NCBI RefSeq assembly: GCF_006345805.1
Contig: NC_043000.1
Coordinates: 65,906,001-65,970,000, forward strand
From: Octopus sinensis
Lineage: Eukaryota
Direction: 5' to 3'
DNA length: 64,000 nucleotides
The number at the start of each line of letters is the position of its first letter. Within the stretch, counting starts at the first letter, position 1. The position numbers and the translations under genes are program-made. Below, in pieces: positions 62,212 to 64,000 of this stretch. The notes under the pieces are model-generated. The model saw nothing but the letters and a program-made list of their open reading frames with translations. It was not told the DNA's origin and made no database searches.

Positions 62212-62477
62212 CATACATACATATACACAGTGGTGTGTCTCTATACGAACATAATCCATTCGGGAGCCCTGTTCGTTACATCAGTAATTGAAATACATAT
62301 ATAATTAGGGGTAATCCGTACCAAGCCACACTGAAACTCCACATGAAAGCATGAAATGATGTTTATATTTGCCGAGCCATCAATAACAAATACATAAATG
62401 TATATACCAACTTCAGTAGCACCTGTTCAGAGAAAAGCTTTTAGTGCATTATAGCACGTGATATTGGCCCATCTTAT

Positions 62478-62690
62478 GACAGTGAGCTGGCAGAATCGTT
62501 ACTGCGCCAGGCAAAATGCTTATCGGCATTTCGACCGTCTTTACGTTCCGAGTTCAAATTCCGCCAAGATCAACTTTACCTTCCGTGGTCGATAAAATAA
62601 GTACCAGTTGAGCACTGGCGTCGATGTAATCGACTTAGCATCTCCCCTGCAATGATTGGCCTTGTACCAAAATTTGAAACTAATATTAGC
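62478..62690 (+). mobile_element. Nin/Deu-type SINE
   Basis: GTGAGCTGGCAGAATCGTT...GTCGATAAAATAAGTACCAGTTGAGCACTGG. Confidence 0.85.
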
Positions 62691-63145
62691 CCCGTGTGGT
62701 TTCTTTTTTTTTTTTTTTTTTTTTGACATTCCGAGGAGGAAATTGTGAGTCTTATATGTCATTACATACATTAGTATAATCACGTGTTGCGGCCTCATTA
62801 GTATTTCATTTCCTGGTGATAAAAAACAAGAAAGCAGTAGCATCTACTTCAGAAAACTGTCAGAAGTTATTGTCATCCATATATTTTTATCAATTTTGAA
62901 GCCATTATCTATGCAAGGTGGAGAGGCATCTTTTGTATTTATGTACTAGACCCAAATTCTGACCTAATTGCTAGTATGACTAATTTCTCAGAGTGAACAA
63001 TGATAATAGACAATTCTGTTCTTCAAAGATTTCCTGTATTTTGCGCTATACTCGTGTATATAAAGTTAGACACGAATGACATAAAGTTAAAGAAAAAATC
63101 TAATGAGAATATCGCAAATTCCTCATCTATCATCAGTTCACTTAC

Positions 63146-63368
63146 AAGACCCATGGAATATTTATCAGTGTCACAACAAATGAAACAAATGATGCAAGAA
63201 TCTAAATCTGGTCCGTTATCCTTGAACAGGGACTGATGTGCGTTTGGTCCTGTAGTCAGTACCTAACCTACCTGAGACTGATCTTATTTAAACTGGCTGG
63301 CTCCACTAGATAAATTCGGTGCACCGATGAACTCTGATTTCATCACTGTGTGTGTGTGCTTGCACGCA

Positions 63369-63423
<55 letters not shown>

Positions 63424-63783
63424 AAATAAGCGCCCTTAGAGAAAATCTTGCGTCGTTTTTCATTTTTGTTTCTTACTGCTTTTTATCACATGATTAGACA
63501 ACATCTGAATCACCAGTGGAAAATTTATATACAGATTTAATTCACTTAGAGAGGCAAACTAAGGAGACAGCACTTCTGTGGGCATCGACAATTATATTTT
63601 ATTATCAATACTAAACATGCTCTAAACGAACTGAATAAACAAATAAAACAAAACGTATTCTTCATCTGGAAAAGTAATCAGTATAGACTCTATGGTATAC
63701 CTGTTATGATAAACGTTCCAAACAAAGCGAATAACAAAGCTACAAAAAAAGATGGACCATATCGTTCCCATAGCATCGGGTAA
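63146..63783 (-). CDS. Speculative two-exon fragment of an unidentified (membrane?) protein: exons 63701-63783 and 63146-63249
   Basis: AG|GTATAC and CTT|GTAAGT donors; phases join to give YPMLWERYGPSFFVALLFALFGTFIITG-PNAHQSLFKDNGPDLDSCIICFICCDTDKYSMGL; acceptors are weak and no family was recognised. Confidence 0.2.
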
Positions 63784-64000
63784 CTGGAATTTTTTACCAG
63801 CCTGTTCCGCCCCTCTCAGCCCAGGGTTTCGACTAGTTCGGTATAGAATCAAACAGTACTGTCAGTTCCAGCCAACTGTTTTATTGAAGTTAGTAATCCT
63901 AGTGACACCTATCAGAATATGGGTGTCGTTGGTTCTCCAGGAGCTCATCCATCTTCGACAGATTTTGTTGTTTGTTCCTGTTGAGTATCCACACACCCTC

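Overview
This is AT-rich, repeat-dominated eukaryotic DNA. The SINE/LINE repertoire and the dense (TA)n/(TG)n/(TACA)n/(TAA)n microsatellites suggest an Octopus (coleoid cephalopod) genome; that assignment is inference. No intact protein-coding gene can be supported: almost every ORF in the supplied track is a translated microsatellite or a broken transposon fragment. There is a 100-N gap at 5363-5462. Recognisable content: several tRNA-derived SINE families (CORE-type, Nin/Deu-type, others), R4/Dong-type RLE retrotransposons sitting in (TACA)n and (TAA)n tracts, an RTE 3' end, pogo/Tigger, mariner and Buster-type hAT transposase pseudogenes, hAT MITEs, Helitron ends and Rep fragments, and a Penelope-like element (PLE) with a GIY-YIG remnant. 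The main result is an unusual density of type I hammerhead ribozyme (HHR) motifs from at least six unrelated sequence families, including putative U3:A8 and G3:C8 compensatory core variants. Two of these sit in near-identical tandem arrays (about 640 bp units at 12850-15717; 456 bp units at 45274-46452). Each array flips orientation in the middle, has one HHR per unit and has both outer ends anchored in (TA)n at different phases of the unit. The same head-to-head, TA-anchored layout is shown by the GIY-YIG PLE at 41654-43974. This suggests (inference) retrozyme-like, possibly circular RNAs being copied into TA microsatellites by PLE machinery through two-ended priming.
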